The notes: generated by a model not told the origin, from the letters alone. A DNA stretch of 64,000 nt from Clostridiaceae bacterium BRH_c20a (GCA_000961765.1 LADT01000019.1:7110-71109); one strand, 5' to 3'; counted from the stretch's first letter, positions 45,064-53,809 are shown. Numbers and translations are program-made.

Positions 45064-46873
45064 AAAGGTTTTGTTATCCCCTTTAGACCCCGTTCATGAT
45101 ATAGGATTAAAAATGATAAAGAGGGGTCTTAATGAAGCCGGTCTAGAAACAAAATTACTGCCTCCTGATACTCCGGCGGAAGAAATTATTCGTATTTGTA
45201 TGGAAGGAAGCTTTGATACCCTGCTTTTAAGCCGCACTTTAGGTTATGGAGTTGCTGAATTGTTAGCCCGCTTTGTAGATTTGGCGGATGCCGCAGGCTT
45301 GAGAGATAATGTCCGTATAGGTATTGGTGGTATGGCTGTTCGGCCGGAAATTGCAGCAGAATTAGGCTTTGATGCTGGATTTGGCCCGGGAACTACAGTG
45401 GAGGAAGCGGTTGCTTTTGTGGAGGGGAGGGAATATAGTCCCCAAGAAAATGAAATAAAAAAGGAAAAGGTGGATATTGCCTCCCCTTATACGTACCACT
45501 ATAAGAATCAAAAGATAGGTAGTTTATTAGAAAAAATAACCATGCAGATTATAGCCTGGGCTGCTAATAAAACATCTCCGGGGGTAGAAAGGGCTAAACT
45601 TAGAGAAAATGATTGGGATTATCAGGCCTTTCTAAAGAAAGAGGATGACAGTAAGTTTTATAAACACTATGCCCAATTATGTGATCAAATTCCAAAGGAT
45701 TTTTATCTCAAGGGAGTAATGCATCCTAAAACTAGAGAGCTCTCTAAGGATGAACTTATCAGTCTAAATACCTATATTAGTAATATGCAAAAACAGATGA
45801 AGGTTAAAAAGCTGCAGCATACTAAGAAGCTGCCTATAGTTTGGAACCAGTATGGCACGGGATGTCCCTTTATGGATATTGCTCATGTTAAGGCTAGTGA
45901 AGGATGGGGTGCTGACGGTGTAGTTCATTTTGACCCTTCATGGGGGGCTAGAACCGAAGGCTTTTTAAACGGTAACCTCACTCATCAGGAGGATGGTACA
46001 GTTATCACTCCTAATAATTTATATAGAATTCATAGGATGTTGGAAAAATCCACTTTATGGCAGGTAAGGGCTCACCGAGGTTTAAATACAGCTGAAACCG
46101 TTGTTTTGGCCGGTAAAATAGGTGCAGACTTAACTAAGATTAATATCTGTTATGGGTCGTTGGCGGCCGGTACAGATCCTGCCCGTTTAACTATAGATGC
46201 TTTTCATGCCATCAAATATGCTGCTAAATATAAAATGCCCTTTGATGTTGTTACAAATGAGGAATTAACCGGAGTTCCAGCTTATAAAGCTTTTGCCGGG
46301 ATGCTGATAGTAGCAGATCTGGCGGTAAGATTAGGAGCTAAGCCTATACTGCAGCCTTTATTTGCCTTCTCACCGGAGGTAATGGTAAGTGGACAGATGG
46401 ATGATAACTATATTGATTTTAATGCCGCCAAAATATATGCATTGAGAAGTATAGTTGATGCTCCAATTTGGCCAGGTGCACCTATCGGGTTTTTAACCCA
46501 GACCGAAGATAGGGTGCAATCCTCTCTATCTACAGCTCTGCATGCACTTTTAGCGACAAGCTTAGGTGTTGATGCAATATCCATTGCTTCTGCTGATGAA
46601 GCATACTCAGGAGGACCTATAAGTATACCTTCTAAAATTGATACCTTAAGAGGTGTGGAGGAAAGCTTCAGATTCTTAGGTCTTGCAGGAATAAAACCTA
46701 CAGAAAAGGCTCAAATCTGGCAGGAACAGATGGTTATAGGGATTGAAAATGTTCTTTCTCAGATTGCAGAACAGGGGGACTTCGTTCAATCATTATATGA
46801 TGGTGTCTTAGGAAGCAAAGAAGAAGGGGCCTTCCCTGGTAGGGCCGGATATAATACCGTTCGGGAAGAATAA
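45056..46873 (+). CDS. cobalamin-binding-domain fusion protein, putative B12-dependent mutase
   Basis: 605 aa. Residues 1-125 parallel glutamate mutase S (KKVLLSPLDPVHDIGLKMI; LLLSRTLGYG; GIGGMAV; GFGPGTTVEEAVAFV). In the ~470-aa C-terminal domain, WGADGVVHFDPSWGAR, WQVRAHRGLNT and SADEAYSGGPISIPS faintly parallel MutE segments. Confidence 0.65.
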   Translation: MTKKVLLSPLDPVHDIGLKMIKRGLNEAGLETKLLPPDTPAEEIIRICMEGSFDTLLLSRTLGYGVAELLARFVDLADAAGLRDNVRIGIGGMAVRPEIAAELGFDAGFGPGTTVEEAVAFVEGREYSPQENEIKKEKVDIASPYTYHYKNQKIGSLLEKITMQIIAWAANKTSPGVERAKLRENDWDYQAFLKKEDDSKFYKHYAQLCDQIPKDFYLKGVMHPKTRELSKDELISLNTYISNMQKQMKVKKLQHTKKLPIVWNQYGTGCPFMDIAHVKASEGWGADGVVHFDPSWGARTEGFLNGNLTHQEDGTVITPNNLYRIHRMLEKSTLWQVRAHRGLNTAETVVLAGKIGADLTKINICYGSLAAGTDPARLTIDAFHAIKYAAKYKMPFDVVTNEELTGVPAYKAFAGMLIVADLAVRLGAKPILQPLFAFSPEVMVSGQMDDNYIDFNAAKIYALRSIVDAPIWPGAPIGFLTQTEDRVQSSLSTALHALLATSLGVDAISIASADEAYSGGPISIPSKIDTLRGVEESFRFLGLAGIKPTEKAQIWQEQMVIGIENVLSQIAEQGDFVQSLYDGVLGSKEEGAFPGRAGYNTVREE

Positions 46874-46874
46874 T

Positions 46875-47894
46875 ATGGCCGTTATACTAGGTATTGCGGG
46901 AACAGCTAAAAATACAGGCAAAACCACTACTACCAAAGCGATTATGGACCAAGTACAACAGGATAAGAACAGGTTATTGGGCTTAACTAGCATTGGGTAT
47001 GACGGTGAGGATATGGATAATATTACCGGATTACCCAAGCCAAAAATTGAGGTCTGGCCCGGGGCACTTGTAGCTGTAGCTGAGCGAAGTCTTGAGGTTA
47101 GTTCAGCTCAAATTCAATTGCTGGAAAAAACCGATATAGCTACACCCTTGGGTAAAATAATTCTGGGAAAAGTTATTAAAAGTGGCACACTTCTTATCGC
47201 TGGACCAAATAAGAGTAAGGAACTGCGCCGGATTTTACCTCTCTTACAGCATTATGGGGCCAATTTTATAATTGTTGACGGAGCTTTAAACCGGATAGCG
47301 CCCATGGTTGAGGTAAATAGTTTAATACTAGCTACTGGAGCGGCTAAAACATCTAACCTAACTGATCTTGCTTGGGAAACAAAACATCTTGTGGAAATCC
47401 TCCAATACCCAGTTTTCCCTAAAACTGAGAATATGGTCAATGTGGATTCGATACTGGACATCCAAGCTGCTCAAAGGCTAACTGCTATTCTATTAAATAA
47501 TCAAGGAGTAGTAATTAATGGTGTAATCAGCTCACAGGGCCTTGAGTACTTAATTCAGGCAGGGGAAGAGCTAAAGGGAAAAATGCTGATTTTACCTGAT
47601 GCCATAAAGCTTTTAGTCTGTGGTGAGGTTAGACATATTTATAACCTTCTTACTCGCTTAAAAAATTTTGGTCTGGAAATAGGGGTAAAAAAAGAAGTTC
47701 GGGTGACGGCTCTTACAGTAAACCCCTATTACCCCCAATTCCGCTTTTCCTCTAATGATTATCAAGCAGCATATGTGGACCAGGGACTACTCTATGAAAG
47801 CATCACGAACAGTGTCAATATCCCCGTATTTGATATAGTTGAAGAAGGGGGCCATAAACTCTACGAAGTAATAGTGGAAAAAGAAATATATTGA
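46875..47894 (+). CDS. BioD/CobQ/CbiA-type P-loop ATPase-like protein
   Basis: 339 aa; starts 1 nt after the mutase stop; GIAGTAKNTGKTTT fits GTxxxxGK[ST] of dethiobiotin synthetase/CobQ; FIIVDGALN parallels the EGAGG strand. Confidence 0.55.
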   Translation: MAVILGIAGTAKNTGKTTTTKAIMDQVQQDKNRLLGLTSIGYDGEDMDNITGLPKPKIEVWPGALVAVAERSLEVSSAQIQLLEKTDIATPLGKIILGKVIKSGTLLIAGPNKSKELRRILPLLQHYGANFIIVDGALNRIAPMVEVNSLILATGAAKTSNLTDLAWETKHLVEILQYPVFPKTENMVNVDSILDIQAAQRLTAILLNNQGVVINGVISSQGLEYLIQAGEELKGKMLILPDAIKLLVCGEVRHIYNLLTRLKNFGLEIGVKKEVRVTALTVNPYYPQFRFSSNDYQAAYVDQGLLYESITNSVNIPVFDIVEEGGHKLYEVIVEKEIY

Positions 47895-47913
47895 TATTGA
47901 GCAATGAAAACTT

Positions 47914-47937
47914 AAAAAACGCCCTAGGGCGTTTTTT
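47914..47937. terminator. bidirectional terminator
   Basis: AAAAAACGCCC-TA-GGGCGTTTTTT between convergent genes; overlaps the minus-strand stop codon. Confidence 0.85.
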
Positions 47938-48751
47938 AAGTTGCATCATTATTTACGCAAATAAAGGTTTTACGGTTTTTCTCCTGCCAGACATAAGAAA
48001 GAAGTTTTTTCTGAAGTGCCGGTGTATTTATACTGATTATAGTATCATAATGGAGTTCTTTAATCTCGGTTAGCTTTTCGAAAGAAATTACTTTATCGGC
48101 AGCGGTAGACAATAACTGATTAACGATTTTATGAGAAAAAGGGCCTATTACTTTAACTGTTTTACCTTTTGCTTTCAACTCATCAATTAAGGATTTTACC
48201 ATCCCCAGCCAAAAACCATCAACACAGACAATTACATCCTGCATCTTACCCCAAGGCAGCTCTGGTAATGCTGGTCCTTGAGGTTTTAATTCAAGTATTG
48301 TTCCTTTTGCTACCAGAGGGCCGTATTTCAAAGGAATCTCATAATTAGTATCCATAATGATAAGAGAAATCAAGTTTTGCTCTGGTACAACTTTTGAAAT
48401 TACACCGGACATAGCAATGGTTTTATTAAAATTTTGGGTAGTAATTTTGACAAATTGAAAGGCTTGAATATTTTGCAAATGACTAGGAATAAAGCAGACA
48501 AGCTTGAGAAAATCCTTTTCACTTATTTTCTGCAGTACTTCAATCTTATCGTTAGAAGTTTTGGATAATTGAGAACCATTGGTTAGATAGGACTGATAAA
48601 TACACATTCCTGCCCAGTTTAGGCTGCAATCACAGCTTTGGCCATGATTTAGAATATTGCATACGGGGCAGTCCCCAGTAACAGCAGCAGCACAGGGGCA
48701 TTTCTCAGTTGCTGCATCCAGGCAGGCCTTTTCTACAGGTAAAGTATTCAT
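47936..48751 (-). CDS. Cys-rich protein with possible ferredoxin-reductase-like C-terminal part
   Basis: 271 aa; 8 Cys within residues 10-50 (CLDAATEKCPCAAAVTGDCPVCNILNHGQSCDCSLNWAGMC); remainder weakly PyrK/FNR-like. Confidence 0.5.
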   Translation of the reverse strand: MNTLPVEKACLDAATEKCPCAAAVTGDCPVCNILNHGQSCDCSLNWAGMCIYQSYLTNGSQLSKTSNDKIEVLQKISEKDFLKLVCFIPSHLQNIQAFQFVKITTQNFNKTIAMSGVISKVVPEQNLISLIIMDTNYEIPLKYGPLVAKGTILELKPQGPALPELPWGKMQDVIVCVDGFWLGMVKSLIDELKAKGKTVKVIGPFSHKIVNQLLSTAADKVISFEKLTEIKELHYDTIISINTPALQKKLLSYVWQEKNRKTFICVNNDAT

Positions 48752-48841
48752 AGATTATCACCTTTCTTTTTAATGAATCTGCAATTCATGATATGCTTCT
48801 ATAGAAAAAAAGGTGATAAATATTATTGAAGGTGTGTCCCC

Positions 48842-49270
48842 TTACCTTAACAGCACCTGTTTAGAGAGCCTTTGGCCTGTGGCGCACCAGTTAGCGAAGT
48901 GTTCGCAGTTATTAAAAATAAAATTATATCCGTCAAAATTCCCACCTACTTGACTCAAAGCTCTATTTCTAACATCTTCTCGTGTAAATGCATATTTTAC
49001 ATTTTCTTCAATACACAAGTCATCATTTAGTAAGAAGCTTTGGAGGGAAGTTCTTTGAATCCAAGCTGATTTTTGGATAAGGAATCTATCGCCCCGAAAA
49101 TGAACAGCAGTACCGTCACCTATATCTATTCCATAGTGTCTGTAGCTTGGGAATCCATCCTCAAACTGCTGCCAAAAAATCCTTTTGTGACAACTCTTAT
49201 AATAATTTAATACCAGTTGCTGCTCTGGCTTTCGGAGATGCCTGACTACATAAATTACGTCCCCCTTCAT
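48842..49270 (-). CDS. LRAT/NlpC-P60-like thiol acyltransferase/hydrolase domain protein
   Basis: 142 aa; HYGIDIGDGTAVHF and NNCEHFANWCATG (His / NCEHF Cys motifs). Confidence 0.75.
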   Translation of the reverse strand: MKGDVIYVVRHLRKPEQQLVLNYYKSCHKRIFWQQFEDGFPSYRHYGIDIGDGTAVHFRGDRFLIQKSAWIQRTSLQSFLLNDDLCIEENVKYAFTREDVRNRALSQVGGNFDGYNFIFNNCEHFANWCATGQRLSKQVLLR

Positions 49271-49285
49271 TATTTTTTCGCCCCT

Positions 49286-49780
49286 TTAAAATAAAATATT
49301 ATTGATGACTCCGCAGGATAGCCTTTTTCCTGCATCTCCGGCAGGCTGAGTGCGGTAATCATCGGGATTTTGATGAACGATTACTGCTTTGCCAATGATA
49401 TCACGGACGCTAAATTTGTTGGTATAAAAGCTAATAAAAGCATAGCCATTATTAGAAAATAAAACAGGAAAGTCTCCGGCATGATTTCCATGGGGTTGAT
49501 TAAACGGGTTCCAGTGCCCGCCGGCAGCCTGAAAGGGATTATCCGGGTCGCCTATTAAGCAGATCCCGTTTTCATGAATATGAAAACCGTGGGGACCTAC
49601 AGGGTCACCATTGTTTTGGGCAGGTTGGTATGGGGGAAGGCCGAATACCTCTGTATAAACCAAAACTCCGCCTATTACATCCTGAAAGATTACTGTGCCT
49701 CTAATCTGAGGAGCAAGGGGCCCTCCCCTGAGATTTGCTCTTGCTATATTTGTTAAGTATATAATTATTCCTCCTTTCAC
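49286..49780 (-). CDS. sodC: Cu/Zn superoxide dismutase family protein
   Basis: GPHGFHIHENGIC, GGHWNP, HGNHAGDFP, VIVHQNPDDY..GDAGKRLSCGVI; start codon uncertain (see findings). Confidence 0.9.
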   Translation of the reverse strand: MKGGIIIYLTNIARANLRGGPLAPQIRGTVIFQDVIGGVLVYTEVFGLPPYQPAQNNGDPVGPHGFHIHENGICLIGDPDNPFQAAGGHWNPFNQPHGNHAGDFPVLFSNNGYAFISFYTNKFSVRDIIGKAVIVHQNPDDYRTQPAGDAGKRLSCGVINNILF

Positions 49781-49800
49781 TCAGAATCATGTCAATAGTT

Positions 49801-49839
49801 AATAGACCATAGACAATAGACCATAGACCATAGGCTATG
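49801..49839. repeat. CCATAGA-type heptamer array
   Basis: AATAGACCATAGACAATAGACCATAGACCATAGGCTATG between two minus-strand genes. Confidence 0.9.
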
Positions 49840-49843
49840 ATTG

Positions 49844-50458
49844 TTATACAAATCGAAGTATAGCTAAAGTTATTAAAATGATTCCCGGCAATAAGGCAAA
49901 CTTTTCTCCTAAACGGTTTATGATATTTTTGCGGGCAATTATATTTCCTAAGCCTATGAGGATAAAATGAGTTAGACCAAATAAAAATGGTGTCAAGTAA
50001 GGGCTAAAACCGAAAAATGATAAGGTGAAGGCGGCAATAGACGCATCCATAGCTACTGCAATGCCTAAGAGAGTACCCTCAAAGGGTTTAATATCATTTT
50101 CGTGGTCAATATCAGCCAAAAGGGGATTATGAATTATTTTAAGTAAATCTTTAAAGCCAATTTTATTCTTTTGTTCTTTTTTCATTTCCTTTCTTTGTTT
50201 CAGACCTTCCTTTAAGGTAAAAATTCCTAAAAGTAGTAAAAGAAACCCACCCAGATATTTCCCGGTTTCAACCGATATATAACGCTGTAGACTGTATCCC
50301 AGCAACATAGTTGGCATTGTACAAATGATGGACCAGGAAGATATTATTAATAAGGAAGGCAGTGATATTCTAATTTTTCTTAATCCAAAGGAAAAACCGC
50401 CCCAAAAACCGTCAATTGCAACTGCGGTCGCAACTAAAATCAAGCCAAATATACTCAT
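49844..50458 (-). CDS. YtaF/MntP-like (DUF204) membrane protein
   Basis: 204 aa; two TM bundles separated by a charged loop, N-terminal AIDGFWGGFSFG. Confidence 0.6.
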   Translation of the reverse strand: MSIFGLILVATAVAIDGFWGGFSFGLRKIRISLPSLLIISSWSIICTMPTMLLGYSLQRYISVETGKYLGGFLLLLLGIFTLKEGLKQRKEMKKEQKNKIGFKDLLKIIHNPLLADIDHENDIKPFEGTLLGIAVAMDASIAAFTLSFFGFSPYLTPFLFGLTHFILIGLGNIIARKNIINRLGEKFALLPGIILITLAILRFV

Positions 50459-50643
50459 TGAACATCACCTTGTTTAGTTTAGTAGAAATCTATAATACAA
50501 TATGTAATAAATACTTTTTACGTCACAAAAAATGGATTCTCTTTTATACTTTAAGCTAAGTTTATTCACCACCAGGCAAGTCAAGAACCGTCCCTAATTG
50601 CGCCTAAACTCGCCCACTTGCCCACTTTTAGACTCCCTAGACT

Positions 50644-51474
50644 TTATACAATTATTCCAATTACCCCAAAACCGCCATGGGTTCCAAATACAGGACCTAG
50701 ATCTGTGATAATTAATTCTTTTGGGTTTAGATTAGTAGTTATCTCTTTTATAATGTGATTTATTTCGTCCTCTTCAGAGGAATGGGCAATACCAATTACC
50801 GTGGAGGAAAAATCCATTTTGGTATTCTTAACTAACTCTAAGAGTCTTTTAATTGCTTTTTTTCGTCCTCTTATTTTCTCAGAGTTCCCCAGGGTACCGT
50901 CAGGCAGGGTACTCATAACCGGTTTGATACTTAAGAACTGGGCAATACCTCCCTCCCAGGGTTTAACCCGTCCACCTTTTACTGCATTTTCCAGAGTATT
51001 TAGGGTAAAGTAGGCTATCATTTCTGAACGATATTTAAGTATGGCTTCTTTAATTTCTTGAAGTGACTTGCCCCTCTCAGCTAAACGGCAGGCCTCTATA
51101 ACTTGCATGCCTATACCTATGCTGATATTTAGCGAGTCGATTACTTCTACTTCAAAATCTACCATAGCTTTGGCTAAAACAGCGCTCTGATAAGTACCAC
51201 TAAGGCCGGAGGATAGTGTAATGCAAAGGACGGGACCACGACTATGTGCCCTTTGGAAAGCTTCAACAAAGGCCTGAGGTGTTGGCTGTGAAGTTTTAGG
51301 CAGCCCTTTGGTAGCTGCCATTTTTTCATAAAAGTCGGGGGTAGTTATTTCAATTCCATCTAAATAAACTTCATTACCAAAAATAATGCTGAGTGGTACA
51401 ATTTCAATGTTGTATTCATCTATTATATGTTGCGGGATATCTGCGGCAGTATCGGTTACTAACTGCACTCTCAT
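50644..51474 (-). CDS. DegV-family fatty-acid-binding protein
   Basis: MRVQLVTDTAADIP..; ATG 51474 has SD GGGGTG 6 nt upstream. Confidence 0.88.
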   Translation of the reverse strand: MRVQLVTDTAADIPQHIIDEYNIEIVPLSIIFGNEVYLDGIEITTPDFYEKMAATKGLPKTSQPTPQAFVEAFQRAHSRGPVLCITLSSGLSGTYQSAVLAKAMVDFEVEVIDSLNISIGIGMQVIEACRLAERGKSLQEIKEAILKYRSEMIAYFTLNTLENAVKGGRVKPWEGGIAQFLSIKPVMSTLPDGTLGNSEKIRGRKKAIKRLLELVKNTKMDFSSTVIGIAHSSEEDEINHIIKEITTNLNPKELIITDLGPVFGTHGGFGVIGIIV

Positions 51475-51627
51475 AAAAATCACCCCTTGAAAATATTTGC
51501 TTGTAACAGTTTATCTCTTATATTTGCTAACTTTTCTTAAAATCCTGCCTAGAAATAAATCAAACGGTATTAAAAAGGATATAGGATAGTGATATAATAG
51601 AGCAAAATCTATACTAGGAGGGTTTTT

Positions 51628-51918
51628 ATGGAAATCTTACTTAACGATAAATTAAAAGATTATTTAAAGGATAAAAAAAGTAAACAAATCATTATCAATA
51701 GCATTTCCACAAAAGTATGCTGTGGAGGTGTATCTCTGCCTGTTGCTAAAATAGGCCAACCGGATAGTAATAGAGGTTATTACCATTTTCATTTAGCTGA
51801 TAATGTTGAGGTCTATGTTCAAAAAGGAATAGAAGCTAAGAATAATAAGCTTTTTTTAAATTTAAAAAATTTTCTAATTTTTAAGGATATTGAGGTTGAG
51901 GGTGTAAAGCTTCTTTAG
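51628..51918 (+). CDS. small CC-motif protein (HesB-like layout), tentative
   Basis: 96 aa; adjacent cysteines in STKVCCGGVSLP; SD AGGAGG. Confidence 0.5.
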   Translation: MEILLNDKLKDYLKDKKSKQIIINSISTKVCCGGVSLPVAKIGQPDSNRGYYHFHLADNVEVYVQKGIEAKNNKLFLNLKNFLIFKDIEVEGVKLL

Positions 51919-51957
51919 AGAAGTTAGAAGGATCATATATTTAGGAGGTGTGATTAT

Positions 51958-52289
51958 ATGAAGAATATTATTAAAGCAAACTCAAGAATGGGGAAACAGT
52001 AGTAGGTTCAATCATATCTGTTAATTCTCCTGATATTGTGGAAGTATATGACTTATCACAATCTTTAGGAATTCCCGGTCAAATGGGTCATCCTTTGTTG
52101 GAAGAAAAAATAGTATGGTCATTAGATGTTATAAAGGAGGCAGGATTAATAGCGGGGATTTTTACCAGTAGTTTTGTTGAGGATGCACAACAAAGAATTA
52201 AACAGGGTTTTCGATATATTTTATATAGTATGGATACTATTATGCTTAGTAAAATAGCCCGATCTGAACTGAGTCGGCTTAGAAATTAA
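51958..52289 (+). pseudogene. HpcH/HpaI-family aldolase remnant (frameshift plus internal deletion)
   Basis: ATG 51958 with SD AGGAGG reads MKNIIKANSRMGKQ-stop. A shifted frame gives SKLKNGETVVGSIISVNSPDIVEVY joined directly to DLSQSLGIPGQMGHPLLEEKI..., the C-terminal third of the fold. About 150 aa of the barrel are missing. Confidence 0.75.
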
Positions 52290-52384
52290 AGAATTGATTT
52301 ATTAATCCAATAAACAGGATTAATAAAAAAAATGTCGAATTTTATTTAGGATAATTTTAGTAAATTTTTAGGAGGAGTTAATTT

Positions 52385-53809
52385 GTGAAAAGGATCCAGA
52401 AAAATATGAATTTGTTTTTCCTTTTAGGCACAAGTATTTTGGCAATAGTAGGTTTGATATTTTTAAGTATTGCCAGCCAATTGATATGGTTAAAATATGC
52501 CAGTTTGGTAGGGGTCGTATTTGTAGTTATCTATAATTTATACCTGTATAAGTTCCTTTTTCACCCAGTAAAACTTATGACTGATACATTGGAAGAGGTG
52601 GAAAATGGTAAGGTTGGTACACGCAATAGGAATACAAACCTAATAAAGTGTTGGCAGGAATTAAATTGTCAGAAAAATGACTGTGTAGGCTATGAAAATG
52701 AAAATTTACGATGCTGGGAGTTAACTGGAACTCGATGTAAAGACCAAACTAAAGACCAAACTCAGGGAACCATTGTGGAAAAACTAAAGGAATGTAAAGA
52801 CTGTGTTGTTTATAATAAATCAGCTAAAGGTGAAATTGGAAATATGGCAAGGCTTTTGGATAATATATTGGCTATTACTGGCGGAGTATTGGCCCAGATA
52901 AAATTCTCCTCCCAGGAGCTGGGTCAAGTAAATCAGGCTTTAGGTGTGAGCTCTAAGGCTTCTCTTTCTGCAACTAAAGAAATAAACAGTTCTTTGGGGG
53001 AAACTGCAAAAATGACAACTAATCAGGTTTCCGCTGCGGAAGATATGCATCATTTTGCAAATAAACTTGCGGAGATTGTTTATAATCTGGACGTTAACTC
53101 TCAAGATATTACAAATTTTTGCCAAGAAACAAGTAAGGATAATGCTAAGGTAGCCTCGTCTGTTAATAATTTGTTGGTTAATGCTGGTGAAACCAAAAAA
53201 TATGCTGATCATACAGTGGAAAAGATGACGGCGTTACGGGATAAATCAGGTGCTATTAATACTATAGTATCTACAATAAATAATATTGCAGATCAAACCA
53301 ATCTTTTAGCTCTAAATGCCAGTATTGAGGCTGCTCGGGCTGGAGAGCATGGGCGGGGTTTTAGTGTAGTTGCTGAGGAAATACGAAAGTTATCGGAAGA
53401 GACAGCAAAGTCTGTTACTGAGATAAAGGGTATAGTCATCGGTATGGGTAATGAAATGGATGAGACGATAAAAGTAGTAAATTCTACTATGGGTATTATT
53501 GAGGTGCAAAATAATAAGATAAATGAGACCGGAACATATTTTAGAACAATGGAAGCAAAGGTGAACCAAGTTGTAAATAACATTAATAATTTACGTAACA
53601 GTATAGAATTGATAGAAAAGGAGCAGAAGGGTTTTTTAGTAAAAATAGAAGAAGTAGTATCGGTTTCCGAAGAAATAACTGCGGCTACTCAGGAAATTCT
53701 AGGTAGTACCCAAGATCAGGAAGATGGCCTAACTGTTGTTGGAGAGCAGATTGGTAGACTGGATAAAGTAATTAAAGAATTGGATACATATGCTCGTTTT
53801 TTTAAATAA
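52385..53809 (+). CDS. methyl-accepting chemotaxis protein with Cys-rich (two CW) module
   Basis: 474 aa, GTG start; two N-terminal TM helices; [34 protein letters not shown]; signalling domain [37 protein letters not shown]. Confidence 0.9.
   Translation: MKRIQKNMNLFFLLGTSILAIVGLIFLSIASQLIWLKYASLVGVVFVVIYNLYLYKFLFHPVKLMTDTLEEVENGKVGTRNRNTNLIKCWQELNCQKNDCVGYENENLRCWELTGTRCKDQTKDQTQGTIVEKLKECKDCVVYNKSAKGEIGNMARLLDNILAITGGVLAQIKFSSQELGQVNQALGVSSKASLSATKEINSSLGETAKMTTNQVSAAEDMHHFANKLAEIVYNLDVNSQDITNFCQETSKDNAKVASSVNNLLVNAGETKKYADHTVEKMTALRDKSGAINTIVSTINNIADQTNLLALNASIEAARAGEHGRGFSVVAEEIRKLSEETAKSVTEIKGIVIGMGNEMDETIKVVNSTMGIIEVQNNKINETGTYFRTMEAKVNQVVNNINNLRNSIELIEKEQKGFLVKIEEVVSVSEEITAATQEILGSTQDQEDGLTVVGEQIGRLDKVIKELDTYARFFK

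Noticed and set aside
47891-48073. 60-aa plus-strand ORF
   Set aside because: It spans the bidirectional terminator and is antisense to the 271-aa minus-strand gene.
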